A stretch of DNA of 64,000 nucleotides from Macrostomum hystrix (taxonomy: Eukaryota > Animalia > Platyhelminthes), in NCBI GenBank assembly GCA_950097015.1, contig CATNEN010000001.1, positions 17,422,001 to 17,486,000 on the forward strand, read 5' to 3'. Below are positions 38,026-50,424 of the stretch, piece after piece. The translations under genes and the position numbers were made by a program. The first letter of the stretch is position 1. Each line of letters starts with the position of its first letter. The notes under the pieces are model-generated. The model was not told where the DNA came from, did no database searches, and saw nothing but the letters and a program-made list of their open reading frames with translations.

Positions 38026-39482
38026 AGGGGGTGAGTGTATCAGCGGCTAATGTCGCTGCCTCACTTTCCAATGGTCGCTGGTTCGTTCCTCCCTCCAAAT
38101 CACGATTATTTCGGGGCTTAGTTAGAGGTTTGCGAAGTAGTGACTTGCGGAGATGCACATTTTTCTGTGCAACCAAAGCTAATTTAAAATAGCCTTCTGC
38201 GTGCCTGCTTGTTTGTATTTGTGCGTTGGTCCGGGTGCGAGCCGTTGTATGTGGGTGCGGCGGGTGTGCATTAATGTGCACTCTCGTGCCTACCCTTCAG
38301 GCATCTAAGTCCGCCCCTGGTTTGATCTGCTCTGTGCGTGTGCGGGCCTGGCGTGAGATGCACTCCGGCTGCCGCCCCATTCCCCGCTTGGCTTGCTGCT
38401 GTGTGTGAGGTGGCTGTGTCCAAGGCTCTAGATCAGGGGTCGGCAAACTTATTAGCGTGCGGGCCACGGACAGAACCTAAAAGACGATAGCGGGCCGCAT
38501 TAACTGTAGGAATATGAGAAATGGGAGAAATCAGACAAATGATAAATGAGACAAGGGAGGGATAAGACAGAAAAAATAAGACAGGGGAGAGATGAGACAG
38601 GGGAGAGATGAGACAGGCGAGAGATAATACAGGGGAGAGATGAGACAGGGGAGAGATGAGACAGGGGAGAGATGAGTCAGGGGAGAGATGAGACAGGGGA
38701 GAGGTGAGTCAGGGGAGAGATGAGTCAGGGGAGAGATGAGACAGGGGAGAGATGAGACAAGGGAGAGATGGCACAGGGGAGAGATGAGACAGGGGAGAGA
38801 TGAGTCAGGGGAGAGATGAGACAGGGGAGAGATAAGACGGGAGAGATGAGACAGGGGAGAGATGAGTCAGGGGAGAGATGAGACAGGGGAGAGATGAGTC
38901 AGGGGAGAGATGAGACAGGGGAGAGATGAGTCAGGGGAGAGATGAGACAGGGGAGAGGTGAGTCAGGGGAGAGATGAGTCAGGGGAGAGATGAGACAGGG
39001 GAGAGATGAGACAAGGGAGAGATGGCACAGGGGAGAGATGAGACAGGGGAGAGATGAGTCAGGGGAGAGATGAGACAGGGGAGAGATAAGACGGGAGAGA
39101 TGAGACAGGGGAGAGATGAGTCAGGGGAGAGATGAGACAGGGGAGAGATGAGTCAGGGGAGAGATGAGACAGGGGAGAGATGAGTCAGGGGAGAGATGAG
39201 ACAGGGGAGAGATGAGTCAGGGGAGAGATGAGACAGGGGAGAGATGAGTCAGGGGAGAGATGAGACAGGGGAGAGATGAGATAGGATACTATAGGTGTTG
39301 GAAGGGGCAAGGGGCCGGATTTGGGAGCTTCGAGGGCCGCATCTGGCCCGCGGGCCGGAGTTTGCCGACCCCTGCTCTAGATGGCACGATGAGCGGGCGA
39401 TTCACGCCTAGTTCGCCGGCCTGGGGGCATGCCGTTCGTGTTTTTGCGTCAAGTGCACCAGGCCCTCTGCAAATAAGTAAAG
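38026..39482 (+). mobile_element. SINE-like retro-insertion (~0.5 kb of own sequence) interrupted by a hAT MITE
   Basis: 13-bp TSD TTGACGTCTGCCT at 38013-38025 and 39483-39495; B-box-like GGTTCGTTCC near the 5' end; A-rich 3' end. Confidence 0.65.
38434..39374. mobile_element. Non-autonomous hAT (Charlie-type) MITE carrying an internal 16-bp minisatellite
   Basis: TIR CAGGGGTCGGCAAACT / AGTTTGCCGACCCCTG; 8-bp TSD CTCTAGAT (38426-38433, 39375-39382) fits the Charlie nTCTAGAn preference; internal (ACAGGGGAGAGATGAG)n at 38570-39280. Confidence 0.93.
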
Positions 39483-39719
39483 TTGACGTCTGCCTCAGTC
39501 TGTCTGTCATTCCTCATTCTCTGTCACTTTTCGATACGTCCGTGTACATAAATGTTTTAGACATTTATGATGCGCTTGAGCTAGGGTTGTGGTTGCAATC
39601 ACACTCTTGGGATGATTGATCTTAAACTTACATTTTAGTTACATTTAACTTTAACTTACGTAAACTTACATCCGTCTGAAGAGTGGCTGGCAGGATGCCA
39701 TTCTGCCAACCTTTTCCAG

Positions 39720-40310
39720 GCAGATCCCAGCGCACTTTGCATCAGGCGGAGCCGAATCGAATCCCCGGGGCGTTGTCTCGGCAGATGTATACTGTCGGCA
39801 CGAGGACTGCCACGTTCCGTTTAAGCTGCAATCGAGCGTGGACTGGATTGTGTGGAGTCTGAGAGCAATGGCACCGTTGCACCCACATCCATGTACTGAG
39901 TCCAGGCCGCTGCGCGGTGATCGACGGCAAGATCAGGCAGTCGAGTGCGTACCGGGTGACAGCGCAGCTGGCCGCCGAGCCGCCGATGGACGCGTAAGTT
40001 TTAACTAGTTGCGCTTAACTGCTGCGCAGCAGAGGCTGCAGGAACAAGTGGCCACATCACCTGTGCTGGAGTTATCCAGCTTTATTCCACCATATGTGCG
40101 AGGAATTTTTCTGTCCCGGCCGGGCCAGTCCGAACCCAACTATGTGACACTGTGGCACGGCCAGGGCATTGAACTGCTGAGGACCCTGCACCGATGGCGA
40201 ATGCCTATCCGTCTAGGAGTGGATAACACTGGCGCTCTAATCTACCGCATCAGGGGTGCTGAGGCAAAGCAACTTTACTACCATGCGCTGGTTCTCATTC
40301 ATCCGGTAAG
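39720..40310 (+). pseudogene. MULE/NOF-like transposase fragment
   Basis: CRHEDC...HPH...RPLRGDRR zinc-finger-like motif, then LGVDNTGALI...LYYHALVL resembling the first catalytic-D region of NOF/MULE transposases (recalled, not searched). Confidence 0.5.
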
Positions 40311-40439
40311 CTTTGCGCAGAAAGATGAGACATGGATGCCGAAATTATACTTATTTGCCAGACTCAAAAAATTATTGTTTTGAATAAATGTATATTACAA
40401 CTCACAGCAACCTGGTGAGCAATGTGTTGCCGTGCTAGA

Positions 40440-40995
40440 GTTACTTTCCTCCTCCCAGACGGCCATGACGCTTCGCTGCGTTCTTGATGGATTTCTGGCT
40501 CACAGAGGTGCAGAAGAGGGTCTCTGGATCAGCGTTTAGCAGATTGTGATGGATTTCTATTTTCCTACTCTCCGAGCGGCAACTCATACTTTTCACACGC
40601 TGGATCTGTTGGGATACCTTCAGCTTTGCTGGCGCATCCTGCACCATGAATACCCGGTATAGCGCTTCAAGTTTAATGTCTCACTCTTTTACTTTTGTTC
40701 TTCAGTTAAAGCTATACCCGCCTGGTGTTTTAAAATAAAATACACAAAGAAATCCATTTGTACCCAGTATTTACCCGGCCTTCATCCGGTTTAATCCGTA
40801 ATTTTCGACTTTTCCAGGCGAAAATGAATTTTTACCCGGCAGTTCTTAGCGGACTAACAAACGGAGGAAACTCTGGAGCAAAACCGGATAAAAGTCGGAT
40901 GAATCATAGCTTTCTACCCGGAGTTGCTCCGGTTTTTATCCGGCTGTGAATCCGGCTTACAGTGATAAAATCCCGGATAGTGAAACGGACACTAA
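40440..40995 (-). mobile_element. Possible PIF/Harbinger-like terminal fragment
   Basis: End reads AGTGTCCGTTTCACTATCCGGG on minus next to TAA; many CCGG subterminal repeats; partner TIR not found. Confidence 0.3.
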
Positions 40996-41379
40996 GATAA
41001 GGGAGTTCACTTGAAGTGAAGTTCATGTGTTTTAAAATAATACGAGTATATACCCGGGGAAAAATAAATCCATTCTATGCCATTTTTGTCCCCTTTCATG
41101 TAAATTTTTTAGCGCACAAGGCTCAAAAGCGGACCGGGAGAAGCAAAACGCGGACTGCGGCTCAAATACCACGGAGAAGACTACCGAGTGGACATGTGCC
41201 TGTCGTTTACTTGTGTACACGAATCTATTAACCACATGCCACCGGGCATCAATGTTGACAGGAAGTTTTGTGCACGGATTCTTACTAAAGTGTTCCTTTC
41301 TTTCATAAATAGGACAACTTTAGATTACATCATACAATTGAAGCAGTCGACAGGGGCTATCTATCTGCGGCACTGCAGG

Positions 41380-43245
41380 CAGTTCGAGATCGGCACCTAC
41401 TCAACGCTGCTGGTGCGGCGACTGGCCCGGATCCACGAGTGCGTCGAGGAGAATCTGGTGGCCGCCGGGCAGCAGCAGAAGGCGGCTCACGACAAGAAAG
41501 CGGCGGACCTGCCGCAGTTCCCGCAAGGCGCCGAGGTGCTGCTCAGCATCGAGATGCGGCGCTTGAAGCTCGCGCCCTACTGGGAGCCTGGCTGGACGGT
41601 GCTTGAGCAGCGCGGCCACTCGGTGCATCGCAGCATCCGCCGCGCCTTCGGCAACCGACCGGTCCGCATCAATTTATAATTGATGCTGCTCTGCACCTTC
41701 GGCGGGAGTTGCGGGTCGCGGCCGGTCATCGCCGTCAGCGGTGCCACCTTGGTTGAGCTGTGGACCCTGGAGTTGTAGGACAGGACCACTAGCGGCAGCT
41801 GCTCCTCCCAGCTGGACTCGGTCTCGGCGAACAGCCTCAGCAGCTGCAGCAGCGACTTGTTGCCGCGCTCCACTAGTCCGTTTCCCTGCGGATGATACGG
41901 CGTGGTGCGCGTTTTCCTGATGCCCAGAGCTTGCAGCGTCTCCTGGAACAGCTCGCTCTCGAAGTTCGCGCCTTGGTCCGAGTGGATGACGGACGGGACT
42001 CCAAACAGGGAGAAGACCTTCACTGAAGCATCCACGATGGTTTTGGCAGTCTGATCTGGCATCGGCACGGCGGTCAGGAACTTGGAAAACTGGTCCTGCA
42101 TCACCAGCAGGTAGCTGTTGCCTCGATCTGATGTCGGCACCTTCAGCACGTCGACCGCCACCGTCTGCCAGGGCTTGCCTATCGGCATCTCACCGAGTGG
42201 GGCTGCGGGCCGGTGCTGCGCCTTTTTCAGCTGGCAGGTCTGGCACTCCTGACAGAAACTCACCGCGTCGCTCTGCAGCCCAGGCCAGTACGCGGTCTGC
42301 TTCAGAGTGTCGGCCATTTTCTCCGGTCCGAAATGGCCGCCGATGCCCTCGTGGAAGTCAGTCAGGAACTGGCGCTGCAGCAACTCCGGGATCACAGGGA
42401 CCTCTCTCGGCCCCGCAGCATCATTGAAAACCCGGCAGAGAAGACCGTCTTGAATTCGTAACTTCCGTTAGATACGGCTGAGGTGTCGCAGTCTGCTGTC
42501 GGACCATCTTGGCCGAGTCCCGCTGTCGTTCTGCAGAGCATCGATGACCAGCTGGAGCTTCGGATCAGCCCTCTGCACCTGTCGCAACTCCCGGTTGGAC
42601 ACCTGCGGCTGCAGCTCCGTTGCCGACGACGCTCCGATCGTTTCGCAGTGGCCCTCGTGCATCCTCGACAGGCCGTCAGCCTCCACGTTGTCGACGCCCT
42701 TGGTGTACTTGATGGTAAAGGCGAATTCCTGCAGCAGCAACCGCCAGCGCCCGAGCCGGCCGTGGCTGTCGAACCGCTGGGAATTCAGAAGCGAGAGCGG
42801 GCAGTGGTCGGTGAAGACCGTGAAATGCCGACCGAGCAGGTAGTGGCGGTAAGTCTTCAGCGCGTGCAGGATCGCCAGGCACTCCTTCTCGACGGTTGAT
42901 TAGCCCTTCTTCGGAGCCGTGAGTGCTCTGCTGCAGTACTCTATCACCTGGTTGCCTTGCTTGAGCACGATTCCGACTCCGGTGTTGCTGGCATCCGTAT
43001 AGAGCTGGAACTCCTTGGAAAAATCCGGGTGGCCGATGATCGGCTGCTGCTGAATGGCCTCATTGAGCCGTCGAAATGCCGTGCTGCACTCGTCAGTCTA
43101 CTCGAACTTCTCCGTCTTGCTGGTTAGTCTGTGCAGCGGTCCGGCGATATCAGAAAAGCTCGGCACGTACTTCCTGTACTGGTTGCAAAGGCCTAGGAAC
43201 TGCCGCACCTGCGTTGGGGACTGCGGCTCCGGCCACAGTCCCTAG
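41380..43245 (-). mobile_element. Ty3/Gypsy pol fragment (RNase H and integrase), degraded; GPY/F tail 41380-41675 inverted onto the plus strand
   Basis: TDAS, EKECLA, TDHCPL (RNase H); HHCC, VDVL, HSDQGANFES, YHPQGNGLVER (integrase); in-frame stops. Confidence 0.92.
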
Positions 43246-43249
43246 GCTC

Positions 43250-43639
43250 CACTCGTGGTACCTGAGCTAGCGGCGCCCGCTCCTTGTGGGCTCGCACGTT
43301 GGTCAGCTTGGCTGTGCCGATGCTTGTACTGGATCAACCAGTGCTGGCGACGGTTGCGGTCTTGTCTGGCTGGCCTCTGCGAGTTTGGCGCCTATAGTCT
43401 GGTGTCTGTGGGTAGACTATCCGACCCGTCTTGAAACACGGACCAAGGAGTCTAACATGTGCGCGAGTCATGGGGATTCTAGGAAACCCAAAGGCGCAGT
43501 GAAAGTAAAGGCTTGCTTCTCGCAGGCTGAGGTGGGATCTCGTGCACCACGATTGGCGAGCGCACCACCGGCCCGTCCTATCAGTCTCTGTCTGTGGGGC
43601 GGCGCAAGAGCGTACACGTTGGGACCAGAAAGATGGTGA
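43250..43639 (+). rRNA. 28S: 28S rRNA pseudogene fragment 1 (D2 end to D3)
   Basis: GACCCGTCTTGAAACACGGACCAAGGAGTCTAAC...GAAAGATGGTGA. Confidence 0.93.
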
Positions 43640-45949
43640 TGATGTGGAGTGTGCTGCGGGAATCGAGTGGGAGTGTGAGCCAGCATAATTTTTCCAATTT
43701 TTAGTAGTCAAATAATCGCGACCCACATAGCAGCTGGCCGCAGAACACAATCATTAATCTTAGGGCCAGGTTTGGGGCGGAGGTGAATTAAGTAGCCGCC
43801 GATTCCCCTTGCCTCGGATCTGTCTAGTCTCCTGTAGAAGTGACTGATCGCGGGCATAGCAATACTGTATGGACTAGTTTAGGTCATAATTCCCCTCCAA
43901 ACCGCGATCAGATTGTAGGGATCACTCATGCGTCTAGAGTGAGCATTAATTCTTCATGTCCCCTTTTCTTTACTGTAACCCGAGCCGAAGCTCGATTATG
44001 ACCTTTCCCCCTTTAGATACATGTAACGACACTATAGGCAGGTCGGCGCCTGCGCTTCCCATATCCCGGCGGGATCACAATCATTGGCCGACTGCCGGCA
44101 GACGCCCCTAGTGGGGCATCTGGCGATTCTCGCCGCCGCTTCAGTGGGCAATTGGGGTGGCATAATGCCGACCCGATTCCTCGCTGACAGGCTGGCGAGC
44201 ATGTGGGTTGCTTTGATGAATGCGGGGTTGACGGAGCTGCAGGACTATTTAAGAAAGCGCGCGGCGCTGCCCCTAGAACAACCTTTTTCCTTTTTCCGGA
44301 CACCTTTCCCGAAACATTTTCCCTCGGACCGCCCTGCGGACCTTCTTCCCCTGTCCGGTCCCGGAACTCGGTCCGTGGACTCTCCCCCTTCTAGACTAGC
44401 ACTTAGCCCCTGAGCCTAAGGCTCCAGAGCATAACTACAGGTACATACCTGTTAGATCCCGTAAGCATAAGCCACCTCCTTGGGTGAGCTCCAATTGAGC
44501 ATCGAGCTCCTTGCAGCCTGGCCCCTTGCCAGCTGTGTTTAGCAACTCCCTGTCTCGTTCCCCCTTTTATTTGCCCATCCCTGCGAGAGCGACGGCCTGC
44601 AGCAAAGTCAGCCAGCATCAGATAAGTAACCCGCGTAGCGGACACTAATTGTTATCCCTAAGGGATTTATTATTTAGCTAGTGGGGCAATCTGGGCAAGG
44701 GCGGTGTTTTAGCCTAATAAACTATTCATTACCAATATGCCAAACCTTAATAATTAGGCCAATTTAATAACAACCAAACCTTTTTATCATGCTATTCTTT
44801 TCTCTTTATTTTATCGTTAGACAGCCCTCAATCATGAGTGGCTAACTCATTAGGGGGTGGGCTCTGGTGATGCCGAGCTGAAAGCTGCGGCAGGAAGACA
44901 ACTGTGAGCGCGCATGAGAGTAATAAGGAGCTAGGGATTTGCGAGTAATATGCGGAGCGTAGCATGTGTTTCTCTGCTAGGGGTGGGGAAATTCCTTGGC
45001 GGGTTTTTCCTCTCTCTCTGGTGGATCAAGGAGTGCGTGTCAACCTCCCTTGTCAATTAAGTTTCCCTTCTGCTCCCCGCCTCTCGCTGCCGCCGCCATG
45101 GGAGCGAGGGGTGTGATCTAATAACCATCGCTTGCATAATCACTCAGCCAGTGCTCTGCTTAACCTCTCCTGCCTCTGATTTCCTCATCTCACACAGATT
45201 CGGATTTGCTAGTTATTTACTGTGCAGGCTGCAATCTAATGTAAGGAATGTGCCTGATGTTTCATGAGTAGGATTCCGGCTATGGGTTTCTCATTCGAGT
45301 TCGGAGTACCACCTTTCTAGACCACTGTAGCGCTGTTTCAGGAATCCCCTGTTGAGGCGTGTCTCGATTCATTCTGGGGTCTTCGCCCTAGTCTAAAACG
45401 GAAGTTACAGAATGCCCTATTTTTCGGCTTGTCTGAGATCTGTGTGACAAACTAGGAGCTGTGAACTCCGGGGACCCAAGTTCCCAAATGTCTGCGGTGG
45501 CAACGTAGGCGCATTGGGTGGTGGCGCTACCCTAGATCATTTTCCGCTTTGCCAATAGCCTTTCCGCATTTCTAAGACAAGAGCCTGGGCCGAATCGACC
45601 ACTGCTACCACTGTTAGGAGTCAGTTATGTACATGCTACTGATGACAGTAGGCTATCTAGCCCTGTCCTACCTGCTTGCGGGTAGTCCGATATCTCTTTA
45701 GACTTTAGCCGGTTTCGAGCACTGCTTGGGGTAGGCACGGCAGTCATGCCTGTGGCCTATGGGTTGAGTGGGACTGGCCAGCCTGAGGCCGAGAGGACCA
45801 CTCCCTGCATCCACTGTCTCTCCCTTCATCCCTCTCCCCGCGATAAATCGCGAGGCTTTGCGGTATGACTTCTAACTCTATCGCCATTCCCACACTCCCC
45901 TTCTCTCTTGAGGACAGGTCATCGGATTGCAAAACCCGCACCCACTTCA
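43640..45949. mobile_element. 2.3-kb solo-LTR-like insertion in 28S
   Basis: TG...CA ends (TGATGTGG / CCACTTCA); GTGA duplicated at 43636-43639 and 45950-45953; 28S resumes exactly; no coding capacity. Confidence 0.8.
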
Positions 45950-46065
45950 GTGAACTATGCTTGCGCAGCTCGAAGTCAGTGGAAACACTGATGGAGGAGC
46001 GCAGCGTTTCTGACGTGCAAATCGATCGTCAAGCGTGAGTATAGGGGCGAAAGACTAATTGAACT

Positions 46066-46109
<44 letters not shown>

Positions 46110-46358
46110 CACTCGGGAAACAGTTTTATCCGGTAAAGCGAATGATTAGAGGCATTGGGGTCGAAACGACCTCGACCTATTCTCAAACTTTAAATGGGTA
46201 AGATGCTCGTCTCGCTTAATTGGAGGCGGTCTTCACCTCTCTCTAAAGTGAATGTGTGTGCCCAGTGGGCTATTTTTGGTAAGCAGAACTTGCGCTGTGG
46301 GATGAACCAAACGCGCGGTTAAGGCGCCCAATGCAGACGCTCATGAGACACCACAAAA
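45950..46358 (+). rRNA. 28S: 28S rRNA pseudogene fragment 2
   Basis: GTGAACTATGC...GGGGCGAAAGACTAA...TAGTAGCTGGTTCCCTCCGAAGTTTCCCTCAGGATAGC...GGTAAGCAGAACT. Confidence 0.95.
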
Positions 46359-46921
46359 ATTGTGTCATCGGCTCACTCGTCCTTGACGAGTGGTATCTAT
46401 GTTCTCAGAAGTGGGTTCGAAAGGATTCCAGAGGCTTGGGTGAAGCGAAATGATGGCGATATGAGTGCGGGGGCCCTCGTATCGAAAAATGGCGCCATCG
46501 ACTGTCTTTTTAGTCGAAGGTCGAACATCATCTCACGGAATCTGAGCCGATGTGATCCTTTCGGTGAACACGGACCGGGTAGCGTGAGGGGATGGAGCAA
46601 AGTTTTTCGATCCGGTGGCCCCCGCACCAGGTTGAAAGACGATTCCATCTCCTTCACCGGGGGCCCTTCCACGGCCCCGGGCTCGGGCTTCGGCCTTGGG
46701 TCCGGGGACCGTCGGGGTCCCTAGCAAGGTTGTGGTGATGAAATCTGACTTGAGCTAGGCGATTAGTGCGCTTTAGTCGTGCTTTTGCTATACACTTAAC
46801 ACACTTTTCGATTGGGGATTGCCGCCAGGTTCCGCCTGGTGGGTATTCGCTCGGCTCTGCCGGGTGGGTATGCTGATGATAACAGAGGAAAGATCACTCG
46901 ATCTAGATCAATCTCTGTCAT

Positions 46922-47236
46922 TGCTGGGATGCCTCCAAGTGGCGAGAATCGGGCAACGACAGTGAAGTCTCGTTGGTTCTATATATATAATATTAACTTT
47001 TTAGATATAACTCCAGTTAAATATATGAAAAAGTTGCTACTTACGACTTGAATATCTACTTTGTTATTTGCTTATTCATTTAAGTATTTATTATATTCAT
47101 ATTATATCATTTTATTTTTATTTTTCTTTATTTTGTTTTCTTTAAAAAGTTACTACTTACATATATAATCTTTTCGCTTTCCATTTATCTTTTCTTTTTT
47201 TTTCCAACGAGCGAAACTGGCGGCTAAATCCTAGCA
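46922..47236 (+). ncRNA. HDV-like self-cleaving ribozyme in the R2 5' UTR (P1 5' strand missing)
   Basis: P2 TGCTGGGAT/ATCCTAGCA; P3 GCC/GGC with loop TCCAAGT; GG for P1.1; P4 CTCGTTGG/CCAACGAG; J4/2 GCTAA. Confidence 0.75.
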
Positions 47237-48128
47237 CCATTAGCAACCTGAGGGTCAGCAACCCAAAGGAGTGCTTCACAGTCTACTGCTACTACAAAAA
47301 AATTGAATACACAAGGGGCATCGGCCACTGCCGAGCCCCCATCTGACTGTTACTCTGACACAAAGGCACGAGGCAGGGACCTCATTTGCGACATTTGTGG
47401 CAGAGGTCCTTTCAAATCAAAAGCAGGTATGAGAGTACACCAAAGGGGACAGCATGCAGACAAATTCCATCAAGAAGAATGCAAGGACACAAAAAACTCT
47501 AAAAACTCCGAAAAGGTGGTCTGAGGAAGAGCTTTATGAAGTTGCTAGATTCGAAGCGAGTCTCCCGCCAAATTTAATAGCAATAAATGACACCATTATC
47601 AAGTCACATATCATCCCGGACAGGACACTAGACAGTATGAAGGGGGGCACGGAGGACCAAAACTTATAAACTCCTCCTAAATTATAAGTGAGTGATTCGT
47701 ATAATAATTCGTATATAAAAATATTATAATTCGTAGTGAGAACAGTGAGCAGAAAGAGGCCTCATTTCTGCTAAAGTTAGCTAAAAAGAGGCAGTACATG
47801 CACAGAGGGACAGGAAAGAGAGCGGGAAATAAAAACCCAACACCAAATATTGCATACAAGATTCAAGAGATCGAAGAAGCGGAGGAAGCAGTAGCATTAC
47901 TTGAGGAGAACAGGACGGACTCCCCGTCCACTGATGATGAACTAAATGATGAACGCCCAGGAGGATGTAATAAGCCACCTCCTGGAGCAAGTGCAAACAT
48001 GAATAGCAAAGATCACGGTCTAGAAAAGCAGAGAGATGATGATGAGGAGAGCACAAAACCTAAACCGAAAAGCCTAAGTTTAACAAAGTTCAATGCAAAG
48101 TTTAACAATAATGTAAATTATTTAGTAA

Positions 48129-50424
48129 TGTAATAACTTAAGACTGAAGGCTGGCCAAGAATTTATTCACTAGAACGTGGCGAGCCAGTTGGAAGTTGCG
48201 GCTCCTTATATTATCGCTCTGTTCTATTTGACCCTAGGGCTTAGGGCACGGCTGGGCCCCGCGGGCCAGCCACCTCAACCAACACGCAAGCCACGCGTGA
48301 CAACTCAGCTTGCACTAAGAACCGACAGACATGGTGATGGTAGCAAAGCCATGATACGAAGTGGTGCAGAGTGAACGCATTGAATAACATTGAATAACAT
48401 TGAATAACATTCAAGAGTCCATTGAATAACATCACATCTCCCCTCTGAGTCAGTTTTTTCCCATCACAGCTGCAGTCTCTCAGGTGGGCCGCGAGCTCTC
48501 AGAGGGTACCGCCGGGGAGTCGTGGCATCCCGACGCGCGTTGCTCTTTGGTCCGTCGGCGGGTTCAGGTGCCGCCTCGCCGATTGTGGCGCCGCTGGCGA
48601 CAGTATCAGGAGTGGTGCGTGCACCGCCAGCTCCCAGGGTCGCGTCACCGCCGCCATCAGTCAGCGGCTGGCCGGCATCAGCGATGTCGAGGTCGAAGCC
48701 GTCAGCGCGGGCCGCCACCAGCTGATCCGCATGCCGCATGTGCTGACCGCGCTGCGAGTCGACGATGCAGTTGCGGCTGCCAGCGCCCTTGATGACGCCC
48801 TCCGCCCAGCGCGGCGTGTCGCCGGCCCTCGCACCGGCGCTGAAGTCGCGGAAGAGCACACGATCACCGGTTTGGAACTCACGCGCCGCCTTCCTGCTCG
48901 GTAGCAGCTGCTCCTGTCGCCGTCGCACGCTGCTCCTGCTCCTGACGGTGCCAGTAGATCCAGGCGGCATCGGAGCCGCAGGCCGATGAGTAGTTGGCTA
49001 GGAGCGACGCCGCTGACACTGTGCGGCGTGTTGCGGTAGCCGAGCAGCAGTCGCTGGAGTTCGGCATCAGAATGACCACTCTTGAGCAGATGCCGCTTTA
49101 GAACTTGGACGAAGCGCTCGGCTTGGCCATTCGTGGCAGGATGGAACGGTGCCGAGAACACATGACGAATGCCATTGGCTCGGATGAAGTCGGCGAACTC
49201 GGCGGAGGCGAACTGCGGCCCGTTGTCGGACACCAGCGTGCGCGGGATGCCCGCAGACTCGCGATTGTGGCTGCCGCTGTGGTGCCGCGCATCCGCACGA
49301 CCTGCGGTCACTTGCTGTGGGCGCCCACCACCACCGGGCACACACGACCGTCGACAGGCCCGGCGAAGTCGACATGCAGGCGCTCCCACGGCTCCGACGG
49401 GAACGGCCACGGCTGCACGGGTGCCTTTGGCGGGTCGGGCTGGTTGAGCTGACAGGTCCTGCAGGTCTTTGTTGCAGCCTCCAAATCGCCGTCGATTCCT
49501 GGCCACCAGACGTAGCTGCGAGCTAGGGCGCGCATTCTGCTGGTGCCTGGATGCTCCTGGTGGAGCTCTTGGATCACGTGATCGCGCAGCGCCGCTGGTA
49601 CTACGACTCTGGCGCCCCACAACACGTAGCCTTGGTCAACCGACAGCTCCGTCTGCCGCCGGGCGTAGTCGCTCAGCTCGGCGCCGATGGGCGCCCCAGT
49701 TTGCAGGCAGCGTAGCACGCGGCCCAGCGATGCGTCTGTCGGCGTGTGTCGCGCCACCGTCTGCGCCGTGACGGCCGATCCGGCCCCCTCGTCAAGTAGC
49801 AGCGAGTTGACGGCCGCCTCCTCCTCGAACAGCTGCGGCAGCGGCAGTCGCGAGAGCGAGTCGCAGTTAGCGTGCTTCTCCGTCAGCCGGAACTCGAGCG
49901 CATAGTCGTAGCTCGCCAGGCGGATGGCCCAGCGCTGCATGCGGGCGGCCGCATGCGCCGGGATGCCCTTGCGCTCGCCTAGCAGCCCCAGCAGCGGCAG
50001 ATGGTCAGTGACGATAGTGAAGCGGCGGCCGTAGAGGAACTGGTGGAAGCGGTCCAGGCCGAACAGGATGGCCAGCGCCTTCTTGTCCAGTTGCGAGTAG
50101 CCGCGCTGTACCAGGCTCCGGCTAGCGAAGGCGACTGCGCAGTCCTTGTCGCCAATGCGGTGTCAGCACTACGCCAAGGCCGTAGGGAGAGGCGTCGCAC
50201 TCCAGTCGCAGCGGCAGGTCCGGGCTGTAGTGCACGAGCACCGGGGACCGAAGCAGCAGCCGCTTTGCCTCGGCGAACGCTTGCTGCTGCGGCCGCTCCC
50301 AGGACCAGCGCGTGTTCTTGACCAGGAGCTGATGCAGTGGCGCCAGCACGGTGGACAGATTTGGCAGGAACTTGCCGTACTGCGCCAGCATTCCAAGAAA
50401 CGAGCGCAGCTGGCTGACGTCCAT
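48129..50424 (-). mobile_element. Ty3/Gypsy 3' half (RNase H, integrase, PPT, 3' LTR) nested in R2
   Basis: LTR 48129-48436 (TGTGATG...TATTACA on minus); PPT AGAGGGGAGA; CDASPYG, HVDFAGP, SDNGPQF, PFHPATNGQAER. Confidence 0.92.

Noticed and set aside
46362-46727. Short ORFs between 28S and R2
   Set aside because: No recognisable motifs; origin unresolved
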